This document shows positions 28,161-38,043 of a DNA stretch of 64,000 bases, one piece after another. Source of the stretch: Bacilli bacterium (GTDB lineage: Bacteria > Bacillota_I > Bacilli_A > RF39 > UBA660). The stretch spans positions 16,019-80,018 of the forward strand of contig JAGHHZ010000031.1 of assembly GCA_017887425.1 (NCBI GenBank). The letters are read 5' to 3'. How positions within the stretch are numbered: the stretch's first letter is position 1; each line of letters opens with the position of its first letter. The notes beneath the pieces were generated by a model that was not told where the DNA came from, searched no databases, and saw only the letters and a list, made by a program, of their open reading frames with translations. The position numbers were made by a program, and so were the translations under genes.

Positions 28161-28504
28161 GGGGCTGTCTAGTTTCGACGGAAATATTATTTTTAAAGGG
28201 CAAGTCGTCAAGGTATGACGTTATAATCCAAAATAAAAATATCTGGAAACAGAAACCAATTAGCTTTCGCTTAATAATTTAGAAGGCTGCTTCTTTATTT
28301 CTTTACTCACGGGAAGTAAAAGAGGCTCGATTAGTGAGTTATATCAACAATTTATTTTCTAGGATTGTTGATGAATTTAATAGAAATTACTAAGTAAAAT
28401 TTTGATAATTTATTATTACTTAGGACATCAACAAATTATCTAAACTTGTAGAACTTTAATCTTGGTATTTTCGGACAGGGGTGCGATTCCCCTCAGCTCC
28501 ACCA
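28161..28504 (+). ncRNA. ssrA: tmRNA (SsrA RNA)
   Basis: The 5-prime end GGGGCTGTCTAGTTTCGACGG pairs with the 3-prime end CAGCTCCACCA. The T-arm-like element is GGGGTGCGATTCCCC. The internal tag frame ends GNRNQLAFA followed by TAA TAA (28272-28277). Confidence 0.9.
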
Positions 28505-28655
28505 TTATGTTGATATACGCACACAAATTTAGGTGGCGTTTTTTTAAATAACAATATAAAATTTAATTTCTTAAAACATAATTATTTAAAACAATGAATA
28601 TATTAAGAATTTGATATAATTGATATATATAACTTAACTTTATAAAGGAGCAAAA

Positions 28656-29684
28656 ATGAAAGAAATCTATGATAAACTAAATTACTATTTAAATGAAATT
28701 TGTAAATATTTAGAAAAAGAAAATGCATTTTTATTAGAAAATATATATGCTATATCTAGATTAAATGATGAAGTTTTAAAACATATTGAAGATTATCGTT
28801 TGGACAATAAGACAAAACAAAATAAATTGACATTTGAAGATGTTTTTCTTCTTGCAAGAAAAATTATTGCAAGTATTGATAAAAGTTATTTAGAAAGTTT
28901 TGATAATTTAATTAAAAGTGGAGAACTAGATTTTAGTTTTGAAAGTGCTTACGAAGATTCAGTATGTATAAGCATGCATAGAAAAAATCAAGTAAAACAA
29001 ATTATAAATATTAATAGAGAGTTTAATTATAACGATGTAAGACTATTAGTTCATGAATTTATTCATTATACTAATGGAAAACATATTTCTCCAAATCGTC
29101 ATTATTTTACAGAATTTTTATCTATTTATTTTGAATTTTATACAATCGATTACCTTTTAAAAAAAGGAATAAATAAAGATGAAATAGATTATTTTTATAG
29201 AATAAAAAATATTAAAGGACATTCGACTGTTTTTTTTCAATATGAAATACCTTTATTAGCTTTTATAAAATTTGGTAATTTAGATGATAATACGATTTCC
29301 CTATTACAACAATATTTATTAAATATAAAAAAGGAAACATTTGAGAAAGAATGCTCTATTTTGTGTAAAAATTTATCTTTGGTAGAACAAAATAATAGAG
29401 AAAAAATTAAAGATAAGTCACTTGGATGTGTCTTAAGTGAAGAGTTTATAACTCAAAACTATCGATATATACTAGGAACAATTCTCGCTATTTATGCTCG
29501 GAAATATGCTAATTTTGACGATATTGTTCATTTAAATAATCATATTGGTGAATATGATAATAAAAGTGTTTACGATATTTGCCTTAGTATAGGTATTAAC
29601 ATAAAAGATGACCAATTTTTACAAAAGACATTTCAAGCACTTGATGAATATGTAGATAGTAAGCAAGATTGTAAAAAAATATGA
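28656..29684 (+). CDS. putative zinc metallopeptidase (HExxH ... E)
   Basis: LLVHEFIHY with a downstream FTEFLSIYFE, a gluzincin-like arrangement. No signal peptide. Family not identified. Confidence 0.5.
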   Translation: MKEIYDKLNYYLNEICKYLEKENAFLLENIYAISRLNDEVLKHIEDYRLDNKTKQNKLTFEDVFLLARKIIASIDKSYLESFDNLIKSGELDFSFESAYEDSVCISMHRKNQVKQIININREFNYNDVRLLVHEFIHYTNGKHISPNRHYFTEFLSIYFEFYTIDYLLKKGINKDEIDYFYRIKNIKGHSTVFFQYEIPLLAFIKFGNLDDNTISLLQQYLLNIKKETFEKECSILCKNLSLVEQNNREKIKDKSLGCVLSEEFITQNYRYILGTILAIYARKYANFDDIVHLNNHIGEYDNKSVYDICLSIGINIKDDQFLQKTFQALDEYVDSKQDCKKI

Positions 29685-29703
29685 AAAATTAAGAAGGGAT
29701 AAG

Positions 29704-30198
29704 ATGAAAGAAGAAAATACAAAATTATTTAATTTAGTAAATATGGATGATGCTGATATATCAACCGAAGCAAAACCAATTATTGGGACTCAGGCTTTAG
29801 CTACTTGTTTTGGAATACTTTTATATGAAAGAAAAAAGAAACAAGCTTTAGTAGCTCATGTATCTACTACTTATCTACCAGCGGTTATGAAATTATTTGA
29901 ATTAATAGATTTAAATAGTGACAATACATTTGAATATCTAATTATTCCTGGATATTATTCAGCGCAAGAAGATCACTATGATATTCAAAGACAACTATTA
30001 AAAATATTTAATAAAGGAGAAATTTTAAATACAAAATTTATTCCTTTTACAGAACAAAAGAAATTCGAAGATATTGTTCAATTAGATAAAAAAACATTAT
30101 CTTATGAATTTGCTTTTGATTCACGAACTGGTAAATTTGTAAATAACGATGTTTATTTTGGAATAGAATATTTAGAATATAAAGAAAAAGCTAAATAA
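29704..30198 (+). CDS. hypothetical protein (weak CheD-like deamidase resemblance)
   Basis: IIGTQALATCFGILLYERKKKQALVAHVS loosely resembles the CheD core pattern (LGSC..v.l.D....ggmaH). This is speculative. Confidence 0.35.
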   Translation: MKEENTKLFNLVNMDDADISTEAKPIIGTQALATCFGILLYERKKKQALVAHVSTTYLPAVMKLFELIDLNSDNTFEYLIIPGYYSAQEDHYDIQRQLLKIFNKGEILNTKFIPFTEQKKFEDIVQLDKKTLSYEFAFDSRTGKFVNNDVYFGIEYLEYKEKAK

Positions 30199-30276
30199 TA
30201 AATCAATTATAATTTTTTAAAATTAGTAATTATTGTTTAACTATGATATAATAAAGGTGTTTTAGGGGGAATAAAA

Positions 30277-30840
30277 ATGATAAATATTAATAGTATCAAT
30301 CCAAATTTAAGACGTTTTATTTTTCATTCACAAACTATGGTTTTAAAAAATGCTTTTAATGGCTATAGTTATCGCTGTTATACGAAAAGTTGTAGTGAAA
30401 CAATATATCAATATCTTACTATGATACCTAATAGTAGTTATGGTAATAAGCCAGTTGATTTTTTAACTAGTTTTGATGGTAAAGATAAAAAATCTTATAT
30501 TTTAGTTGGACATCTATTAGAAAATATTCCTTACAATGAATTTGAAGCATTATATAAAAAAATAGAACAGTTAGTTGAAATTGAAGGTCATATAGATATT
30601 CCTTCTGAAAAATTAGATGTAATATTAAAATATTACAAAACTAAATTTTTTAGTGATCAAGTAATTGAAGAAATGATAAAACTTCATGAGAGTTTTTATA
30701 AACATCTAGATAATTCAGCTTTATCTAAGTTCACACATCACTATTATGAATATTATCAAGCAATTGAAAAAGCTCGATTAGAGCGTCTTAATTCAGCTTT
30801 GCTATCTGATGAGGTACAAAAGACTTATCAAATGATATAA
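30277..30840 (+). CDS. hypothetical protein
   Basis: 187-aa ORF after a GGGGGA RBS. No recognisable motif. Confidence 0.4.
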   Translation: MININSINPNLRRFIFHSQTMVLKNAFNGYSYRCYTKSCSETIYQYLTMIPNSSYGNKPVDFLTSFDGKDKKSYILVGHLLENIPYNEFEALYKKIEQLVEIEGHIDIPSEKLDVILKYYKTKFFSDQVIEEMIKLHESFYKHLDNSALSKFTHHYYEYYQAIEKARLERLNSALLSDEVQKTYQMI

Positions 30841-30847
30841 TTGATTT

Positions 30848-30876
30848 TTGACAAATATAATCTTAAATGTTATAAT
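30848..30876 (+). promoter_or_regulatory. consensus sigma-A promoter TTGACA-17-TATAAT
   Basis: -35 at 30848-30853, -10 at 30871-30876, preceded by TGt. Lies upstream of the engB GTG at 30902. Confidence 0.6.
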
Positions 30877-30901
30877 TAAAGAGTTTAAAGGGGAGATTAT
30901 C

Positions 30902-31483
30902 GTGAAAATAAGTTCCGTCAATTTAGAAATTAGTGCAGTTAGACGTAGCCAATATCCAACGGATAATAAACCAGAATTTTTATTAGTTGGTAGATCTAAT
31001 GTTGGCAAAAGTAGTTTTATAAACACATTAATCAATCGTAAGAATTATGCTAGAACTTCAGCTACGCCAGGAAAAACACAGACAATTAATTTTTATTTAG
31101 TAAATGACCAATTTTATTTAGTTGATGCTCCTGGGTATGGATATGCTCAAGTAAATAAGAAAAAGCAAAAGAAATTTGGCTTAATGATGGAAGATTATTT
31201 AACTAGCCGTAAAAATTTAAAACAAGTTTTTATGTTAGTTGACTTTAGACACAAACTATCTAATGATGATATAATGATGTATAATTTTTTGAAATATTAT
31301 AAATTACCAGTTACTATTGTTGCTACTAAAGTTGATAAAATCCCAATTACTAAACAACAACAACAAAGAAATGTTATTTTAGAAGATTTGGATTTAGTAA
31401 TCGGCGACGAATTTATTATGTTTAGTAATGTCACTAAAATTGGTAAAGATGAGATCCATCAAAAAATTGAAAGAACAATTTAG
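30902..31483 (+). CDS. engB: ribosome biogenesis GTPase EngB/YsxC
   Basis: GTG after GGGGAG. G1 GRSNVGKSSFIN, G3 DAPGYGYA, G4 ATKVDK. The track start at 30848 lies inside the promoter. Confidence 0.85.
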   Translation: MKISSVNLEISAVRRSQYPTDNKPEFLLVGRSNVGKSSFINTLINRKNYARTSATPGKTQTINFYLVNDQFYLVDAPGYGYAQVNKKKQKKFGLMMEDYLTSRKNLKQVFMLVDFRHKLSNDDIMMYNFLKYYKLPVTIVATKVDKIPITKQQQQRNVILEDLDLVIGDEFIMFSNVTKIGKDEIHQKIERTI

Positions 31484-31531
31484 CTTATTGCAATTTTAAA
31501 ACAAATTCATAATATATCAGTAGGTGATATC

Positions 31532-32002
31532 ATGAAATTTGTTATCGACAATAATAAATTTATTGTTTTTTTAAATAAAAAATTTGATTTAGATGATAAG
31601 CTAAAACTAGAAAAATACTTTAAAGATTTATTTTATAACTTAAAAAATAAATATAATATGGAAGTTAATGGTTATTATAATATCAATGTTTATGCCGATA
31701 AATATTATGGAACTATCATTGAAATGGAAAATGAAGACTTAGAATATTATACTTATTTTAATCAAATTGATATGGAAATAAATGTTTTTAAAAGCAGTTT
31801 TTATTATAAAGTGGACTATAGTTTTTTAGATCAAGATATTTTAAATAAATGTTTTTGCTATAAATATGATGATCAAATATATTTAAAAATTAAAGATAGT
31901 ATTGATAAAATAACTTTATCTAAATTATTAGAAATAAGCAATGTTTCATATGGTGAAGAAGCTGAAATGATTGCTAAATATGGTAAGAAGGTGAAAATAT
32001 GA
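31532..32002 (+). CDS. hypothetical protein
   Basis: 156-aa ORF whose end overlaps the der start (ATGA). No motif recognised. Confidence 0.45.
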   Translation: MKFVIDNNKFIVFLNKKFDLDDKLKLEKYFKDLFYNLKNKYNMEVNGYYNINVYADKYYGTIIEMENEDLEYYTYFNQIDMEINVFKSSFYYKVDYSFLDQDILNKCFCYKYDDQIYLKIKDSIDKITLSKLLEISNVSYGEEAEMIAKYGKKVKI

Positions 32003-33315
32003 AAAAACCAGTTGTCGCTTTAGTTGGACGACCTAATGTCGGTAAAAGTACATTATTTAATCGTTTGGTAGGTACTAGAGTAGCTATTATCGAAGATATT
32101 CCTGGAATTACTAGAGATCGAATTTATGGTGACGTTAAATTTGGCGATTATTCCTTTCATTTGATCGATACTGGTGGAATTGACATAAGTAATGAAAAAT
32201 TTAACGACGAAATTAAAATTCAAGCTGAAATAGCGATTGAGGAAGCAGATGTCATAGTATTTGTTGTTGATGCCAAAGAAGGAATCACAACTAACGATTT
32301 AGTAGTAAGAGATATGCTATTAAAATCTAACAAAAAAATAATTGTTGCAATTAATAAAATCGATAGTAAATTAGCATCTAACAATATTTATGATTTTTAT
32401 GAATTAGGCTTTGATAATTACATAAATATTAGTTCTGAACAAAATGAAGGTATTTATGAATTGTTAACAGAAATTACTAGTGATTTTAAAGAAGTTACTG
32501 AAGAAGATAACGATGTCATTAAATTTAGTGTTATCGGACGACCTAACGTTGGTAAAAGTAGCTTAGTAAACGCCATTTTAAACGAAGAAAGAGTTATTGT
32601 TTCACCAATAGCTGGGACAACCCGTGATGCTATCGATACTCCTTTTACATATCACAATGAGAAATTTGTTGTTATTGATACAGCCGGAATGCGTAAAAAA
32701 GGAAAAGTTTATGAAACTGTTGAAAAATATAGCTTATTACGCAGTATGAAAGCAATAGATCGATCTGACGTGTGTTTATTAGTTATCGATGCTGAAAGTG
32801 GCATTATCGAACATGATAAACATATAGCAGGCTATGCAATTGAAGCTGGTAAACCAATAATTATCGTTGTTAATAAATGGGACGTTATTGAAGATAAAGA
32901 TGAACAAATGAAAAAATTTACAAAAGATATTCGTAATAATTTTCAGTTTATGCCTTATGCTCCAATTGTATACTTATCAGCTAAAACAAGAAAAAGGTTA
33001 CATACTTTAATGCCACAAGTTATTAAAGTATATCAAAATAGTACCAAATTTATTGCTACTAATTTAATTAATGATTGTATTAAAGATGCTTATAATCTTA
33101 ATTTACCTCCTTCATATAAAGGAAAGAGATTAAAAATATATTTTTGCAATCAAGCATCGATTAAACCACCAACATTTAATATTCAAGTTAATAGTAAAGG
33201 ATTAGTGCATTTTTCTTATCAAAGATATTTAGAAAATAAAATAAGAGAATCATTTGATTTTGAAGGAACACCAATTGTTATTCAATTTAAAAATAAAGGT
33301 GAGGAACAATTATAA
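31999..33315 (+). CDS. der: ribosome-associated GTPase Der/EngA
   Basis: Two tandem GTPase domains (GRPNVGKSTLFN and GRPNVGKSSLVN) plus a C-terminal KH-like domain. Confidence 0.92.
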   Translation: MKKPVVALVGRPNVGKSTLFNRLVGTRVAIIEDIPGITRDRIYGDVKFGDYSFHLIDTGGIDISNEKFNDEIKIQAEIAIEEADVIVFVVDAKEGITTNDLVVRDMLLKSNKKIIVAINKIDSKLASNNIYDFYELGFDNYINISSEQNEGIYELLTEITSDFKEVTEEDNDVIKFSVIGRPNVGKSSLVNAILNEERVIVSPIAGTTRDAIDTPFTYHNEKFVVIDTAGMRKKGKVYETVEKYSLLRSMKAIDRSDVCLLVIDAESGIIEHDKHIAGYAIEAGKPIIIVVNKWDVIEDKDEQMKKFTKDIRNNFQFMPYAPIVYLSAKTRKRLHTLMPQVIKVYQNSTKFIATNLINDCIKDAYNLNLPPSYKGKRLKIYFCNQASIKPPTFNIQVNSKGLVHFSYQRYLENKIRESFDFEGTPIVIQFKNKGEEQL

Positions 33316-33316
33316 A

Positions 33317-33345
33317 AAAGAATCTCATTAATTTTGAGATTCTTT
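33317..33345. terminator. bidirectional terminator between convergent der and rnhC
   Basis: AAAGAATCTCA-7 nt-TGAGATTCTTT, an 11-bp stem. Overlaps the last codons of rnhC. Confidence 0.6.
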
Positions 33346-34278
33346 TAATTGTTTGATTTTTTCTGTATTTTTAAAATTTAATTTAGCAATATCAGTTAAT
33401 TTATCAAAGCCAAATTTATTAACAATTCTTAATCCTAATTCATCTACTTTATCGCTAGCACCTTTAATTAAAAATACTCCTAATTTCTCACCCAATTTAT
33501 CGAATTCTTTTAAAAACACAAAACGGCTAATTAATGATGCACAAGCAACAGATAGACATTTATCTTCAGCTTTAGTAATAAATGTTATATTTCTAACATA
33601 ATTAGTTCCTTTTAAATAATTGTAATAAACATAAGGATTTGCAAATTGGTCAACGACAACATAATCAGCTTGATATTTATTTACCATTTTACTTAATACT
33701 TTATTGTGTAAAACTGCTTTTACTTTATTCATGTTCATATCAGCATTATAATTTTCATTATATTCTTTATTACTTAAAATGATACATTCATAAGGTATTT
33801 TTTTAATTATCTTAGGGACTATTTCTAATATTTTGTCATCGGTTAATTTTTTGGAGTCCTTAACACCTAATTCTTCTAAAAAAGGAATATCATCTTTAGT
33901 TACATAAGTAGCAGTTACAACAATTGGACCAAAGTAATCGCCGGTTCCAACTTCATCAGAGCCGATTGTATTAGCATAATAAATTTTAGGATCGACAAAT
34001 TCTTTAACTTTTTCTTTTTTCTTTTTATCTTCGCTATTTGTCATTTCAACTTTTTTAGTTGGATTCAAATGTCTTTCCATTTCTTTCCACATATTAGCAT
34101 CGATATCAGCACTTCGTCCTTGAAAAACAACTTTGCCAGAGTTATATAATGTAACAACTGTATCAGCTTCATCAGCTTGAAAGATTGCATAATCAGGAGT
34201 TTTTGGTCTTTTTTTATCTTCAAAATATTCGATCATTTTTTGTTTAGTATTTTCGCTAACTTTTAATGTAATTGTCAT
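33328..34278 (-). CDS. rnhC: ribonuclease HIII
   Basis: ATG at 34278 after AGGTGA. N-terminal TBP-like domain, then the RNase HII/HIII catalytic block IGSDEVGTGDYFGP. Confidence 0.8.
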   Translation of the reverse strand: MTITLKVSENTKQKMIEYFEDKKRPKTPDYAIFQADEADTVVTLYNSGKVVFQGRSADIDANMWKEMERHLNPTKKVEMTNSEDKKKKEKVKEFVDPKIYYANTIGSDEVGTGDYFGPIVVTATYVTKDDIPFLEELGVKDSKKLTDDKILEIVPKIIKKIPYECIILSNKEYNENYNADMNMNKVKAVLHNKVLSKMVNKYQADYVVVDQFANPYVYYNYLKGTNYVRNITFITKAEDKCLSVACASLISRFVFLKEFDKLGEKLGVFLIKGASDKVDELGLRIVNKFGFDKLTDIAKLNFKNTEKIKQLKESQN

Positions 34279-34321
34279 AAAAATCACCTAAATATATTTT
34301 ATCATATTTTAATTATAAATA

Positions 34322-35977
34322 CTAATATGTAGGGTTATTATTTATCATAAATAGTTCTAAAAAGGCTTCAAAATCAGTATTTTCTAATCTTTCTTGTAAA
34401 TTAGTTAAGATAGTCATAATATCATCTTCAGTTAATTGTTCTGAGGCAATACTATTATCTGGGTTTTTCACTGTAATATCTGCGTTGTAATAAATTGTGG
34501 CTTCATTTATAAACTCGATACTGTAAGGATTAGTTTCATTTCCAAAGTATAAAATAACATTCATATTTGATTTTGTTTCATTTTCATTAATTACTTCATT
34601 GTCTTGTTTAAAACTGATTCCAAAATAGTCTTTAGCATTTGGTGTATCAATATTAAATTCTAAACTATTTTCTGCAATTTTAAAGTTTATGTTTAAAATT
34701 TCTTCATTATTTTCTAAAAAAGTCACATCTACTATATCGTTAATGCATTCTCCTTTGATTGTATTTGTTTCATCTAAATAAACTTCAAAATTTTCAGTAT
34801 CGTTATAGTCGGTATAATTTATTAAAATATTTTCGTCTTCGGTTAATCTAAAACCGATAAATTCATCTTTATTATTAGTATATATAGTTATAGTGGCATT
34901 AAGTTGTTCTTCATTTTTGGTAGATAAGAAACTACCATCTTCTTGAAGGGTAAAAGTATAGCCGTTACTATTGATAATTAAACTTTCAACTTTATCGGTA
35001 TAAACTATTTCAACAATTTCTGCATTTCCTAAATTAACCATATATTCTACTTCTTCAGCAGTAACACCATCGGCACATATATCAATATAATCTTCAGCTA
35101 GTAAAGCTTTCATTGCCGAAGTCGCACAGTAATTATTAATGCTACTATAGATCAGTGATGCTTCTGATTTTCCGGCTGTTTCTGCGACACTTCCTGAACT
35201 TTGTTCTTCATTTAGCCCTTCAATTAATTCTTCTTTTGGCATTTCTAATAGATTAGACAAAACTTCAAGATAGCGATCGTCATTAAGTATTTTTTCTTTA
35301 AAAGTATCAGACATCGTTTGATAAGCTTCATCATCAATTAAATAGTTATTAGCAATAACATTTACCTCTTCATCACCAATTGTAATTGTATCATTATTTT
35401 GTGAGAATTTACTTTCCATTAAAGAATCATTAAAATATTCTAAAGTTTTATCAAATAGATAAAAATAGTCTTCATTTGAAACAGTAGTAGTTATTTCACT
35501 ATCTTCTGTTATATTGCCAATTTCGATTGGTTTATCAAATAAATCGGTAGATTCAAAATACATTATGTCATCGATCATATAAATCATCATATCGATAATT
35601 CTTTTATCACTATTTGAAAGTGAAGTTATTAAATTAAAATAATTGTTAGTTTGATCAATTTCAAAAGTTGCATCTAATTTATTATTGTTAAGCATACTTA
35701 ATTCTTCGATATCAGTATTAAATCTCATATGATTTTCAACTATCATTTTCTCACTTACAACATCTTCATTAAGTTGTGTATTAAAAGAATTAAGTTGTTC
35801 TCTTAAATTAGTAATACTGGCATTAAAAATCTCTTTTGGCGTAGATTTTTGATTAAATATAATAAGTAAAACAACAACAATAATTGCGACTAATACCAGC
35901 AAAGCAATAATAATATATTTTAGTGTTCCTCCTTTCGAATTTTCAGCTTTCTTTAAATTCATTTCATTTCCTTCCAT
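34322..35977 (-). CDS. membrane-anchored extracytoplasmic protein, function unknown
   Basis: ATG at 35977, 5 nt after AAGGAGG. Single TM YIIIALLVLVAIIVVVLLIIF, then about 500 acidic/Asn-rich residues. Confidence 0.5.
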   Translation of the reverse strand: MEGNEMNLKKAENSKGGTLKYIIIALLVLVAIIVVVLLIIFNQKSTPKEIFNASITNLREQLNSFNTQLNEDVVSEKMIVENHMRFNTDIEELSMLNNNKLDATFEIDQTNNYFNLITSLSNSDKRIIDMMIYMIDDIMYFESTDLFDKPIEIGNITEDSEITTTVSNEDYFYLFDKTLEYFNDSLMESKFSQNNDTITIGDEEVNVIANNYLIDDEAYQTMSDTFKEKILNDDRYLEVLSNLLEMPKEELIEGLNEEQSSGSVAETAGKSEASLIYSSINNYCATSAMKALLAEDYIDICADGVTAEEVEYMVNLGNAEIVEIVYTDKVESLIINSNGYTFTLQEDGSFLSTKNEEQLNATITIYTNNKDEFIGFRLTEDENILINYTDYNDTENFEVYLDETNTIKGECINDIVDVTFLENNEEILNINFKIAENSLEFNIDTPNAKDYFGISFKQDNEVINENETKSNMNVILYFGNETNPYSIEFINEATIYYNADITVKNPDNSIASEQLTEDDIMTILTNLQERLENTDFEAFLELFMINNNPTY

Positions 35978-36129
35978 AAAATCCTCCTTATTATTTAATA
36001 TCATAACACATCTTTTTATTAAAGTAAATCAGTTTTAATTATTATCGTTATAACATATTATATTTCTTTGATTAATGATTTTTGCTTGAAAAATAACGAT
36101 TTTTAAGATATAATGTTATAGGTGATAGT

Positions 36130-38031
36130 ATGGCTTACAATGAGAGCTCAATAAAAATATTAGAAGGATTAGAAGCAGTTAGAAAGCGTCCTGGTATGTA
36201 TATCGGTTCTACTGACAAAAGAGGATTACATCATCTAATATGGGAAATCGTCGATAATAGTATCGATGAAGTATTAAATGGATTTGGTAAAAAGATAAAA
36301 ATAACTTTACATGCAGATAATTCTGTTAGTGTTGAAGATGAAGGAAGAGGGGTTCCAGTTGGAATGCATTCATCAGGCATGAGTACCCCTGAAGTTATAT
36401 ATACAGTCTTACACGCTGGCGGTAAATTTGAAAATTCTGGTTATAAAGTATCTGGAGGACTACACGGAGTCGGTGCTTCGGTTGTCAATGCTTTAAGTAA
36501 ATGGATGGAAGTAACAATTAAAAGAGATGGTTATACTTACTATATTCGTTTTGAAAACGGTGGTAAGGTTAAAGTTCCTCTTCAAAAACTAGATAAGACA
36601 AGCAGAACGGGAACTAAAGTTAGATTTATGCCCGATGATACAATTTTTAGCACAACTAATTTTTCTTTTACAACTGTATGTGAAAGAATGCAAGAGTCAG
36701 CTTTTTTACTTAAAGGTTTAACTGTCGAAGTAATCGATGAACAAGATAATAAACAAGAAGTATTTTGCTATGAAAATGGTTTAAAATCATTTGTCGAATA
36801 TTTAAATGATGGTAAAAGTGAACTACATAAAGTTGTTCATTTTGATGGTACTAAAGATGGTATTAATGTTGAAGTGGCCTTTCAATATACTGATACTTAT
36901 TCAGAAAATATAATTAGTTTTACTAATAACGTTAAAACATCTGATGGTGGTACTCATGAAGTAGGTTTTAAAACAGCTTTAACTAAAGTATTTAATGATT
37001 ATGCCAAAGCAAATGGATATTTAAAAGCCAAAGATAAGAATTTAGAAGGAACAGACACAAGAGAGGGTTTAACTGCTATTATCAGTTTACAAATACCTGA
37101 AGCATTGTTACAATTTGAAGGACAAACTAAATCAAAATTGGGTACCCCTCAGGCTCGTCCGATTGTCGAAAGTATCGTAACTGAAAAATTACAATTTTTC
37201 CTAGAAGAAAATAAAGCAATTGCTACAGAAATCTTAAATAAAATGGTTAAAAGTAAAATGGTTAGAGAAGCGGCCCGTAAAGCAAGAGATGAAGCGAGAA
37301 ATGGCAAAGGTAAAAATAAAAAAGAACAAGCTTTATCAGGAAAATTAACTCCCGCTCAAACTAAAAACCCTAATAAAAATGAGTTATTTTTAGTCGAGGG
37401 AGATTCAGCTGGTGGTTCAGCAAAACAAGGAAGAGACCGTAAATTTCAAGCTATTTTACCATTAAGAGGTAAGGTCTTAAACTGTGAAAAGACAAAACTA
37501 GAAGAGATATTTAAAAATGAAGAAATAAATACTATAATTCATACTGTCGGTGCTGGTGTGGGCAGCGATTTTGATGTTAAAGATTGTAATTATGACAAAA
37601 TCATTATCATGACCGATGCCGATGATGATGGGGCTCATATCCAAATATTATTATTAACTTTCTTCTATCGGTATATGAAACCATTAATTGAAAATGGTAA
37701 ATTATATATTGCTATGCCACCTTTATATAAATTATTTAATGGCAAAACAGTTTATTATGCATGGACTGATGAAGAAAGAAAAGAAATATTAGAAAAAAGT
37801 AAAGTAAAGTTAGAAACACAACGTTATAAAGGATTAGGAGAAATGAATGCTGACCAGTTATGGGAAACAACGATGAATCCTGAAACGAGAAGTTTGGTTA
37901 AAGTTGATATCAATGATGTTGCTTTGGCGGAAAAGCGAGTCAGTATTTTAATGGGTGATAAAGTTGAACCAAGAAAAGAATGGATTGAAGAAAATGTTAA
38001 CTTTACTTTACAAGATGATTATCGTAAGTAA
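36130..38031 (+). CDS. parE: DNA topoisomerase IV subunit B
   Basis: GHKL ATPase and Toprim motifs (LEGLEAVRKRPGMYIGS, EGDSAGG, MTDADDDGAHI). Paired with a ParC-type A subunit. Confidence 0.85.
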   Translation: MAYNESSIKILEGLEAVRKRPGMYIGSTDKRGLHHLIWEIVDNSIDEVLNGFGKKIKITLHADNSVSVEDEGRGVPVGMHSSGMSTPEVIYTVLHAGGKFENSGYKVSGGLHGVGASVVNALSKWMEVTIKRDGYTYYIRFENGGKVKVPLQKLDKTSRTGTKVRFMPDDTIFSTTNFSFTTVCERMQESAFLLKGLTVEVIDEQDNKQEVFCYENGLKSFVEYLNDGKSELHKVVHFDGTKDGINVEVAFQYTDTYSENIISFTNNVKTSDGGTHEVGFKTALTKVFNDYAKANGYLKAKDKNLEGTDTREGLTAIISLQIPEALLQFEGQTKSKLGTPQARPIVESIVTEKLQFFLEENKAIATEILNKMVKSKMVREAARKARDEARNGKGKNKKEQALSGKLTPAQTKNPNKNELFLVEGDSAGGSAKQGRDRKFQAILPLRGKVLNCEKTKLEEIFKNEEINTIIHTVGAGVGSDFDVKDCNYDKIIIMTDADDDGAHIQILLLTFFYRYMKPLIENGKLYIAMPPLYKLFNGKTVYYAWTDEERKEILEKSKVKLETQRYKGLGEMNADQLWETTMNPETRSLVKVDINDVALAEKRVSILMGDKVEPRKEWIEENVNFTLQDDYRK

Positions 38032-38043
38032 ACGAGGTGAATT

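Noticed and set aside
28505-30901. A classic ssrA-integrated island bounded by a duplicate of the tmRNA 3-prime end
   Set aside because: Reading by eye through 28505-30901, I find no second copy of the ...GATTCCCCTCAGCTCCACCA end, and there is no integrase. I report it only as accessory-looking cargo.
30802-31035. A 77-aa minus-strand ORF and the 5-prime extension of engB back to 30848
   Set aside because: 30848-30876 is a perfect TTGACA-17-TATAAT promoter, and a GTG at 30902 follows GGGGAG. The extension would translate the promoter. The minus-strand ORF is antisense to the conserved engB G1 region.
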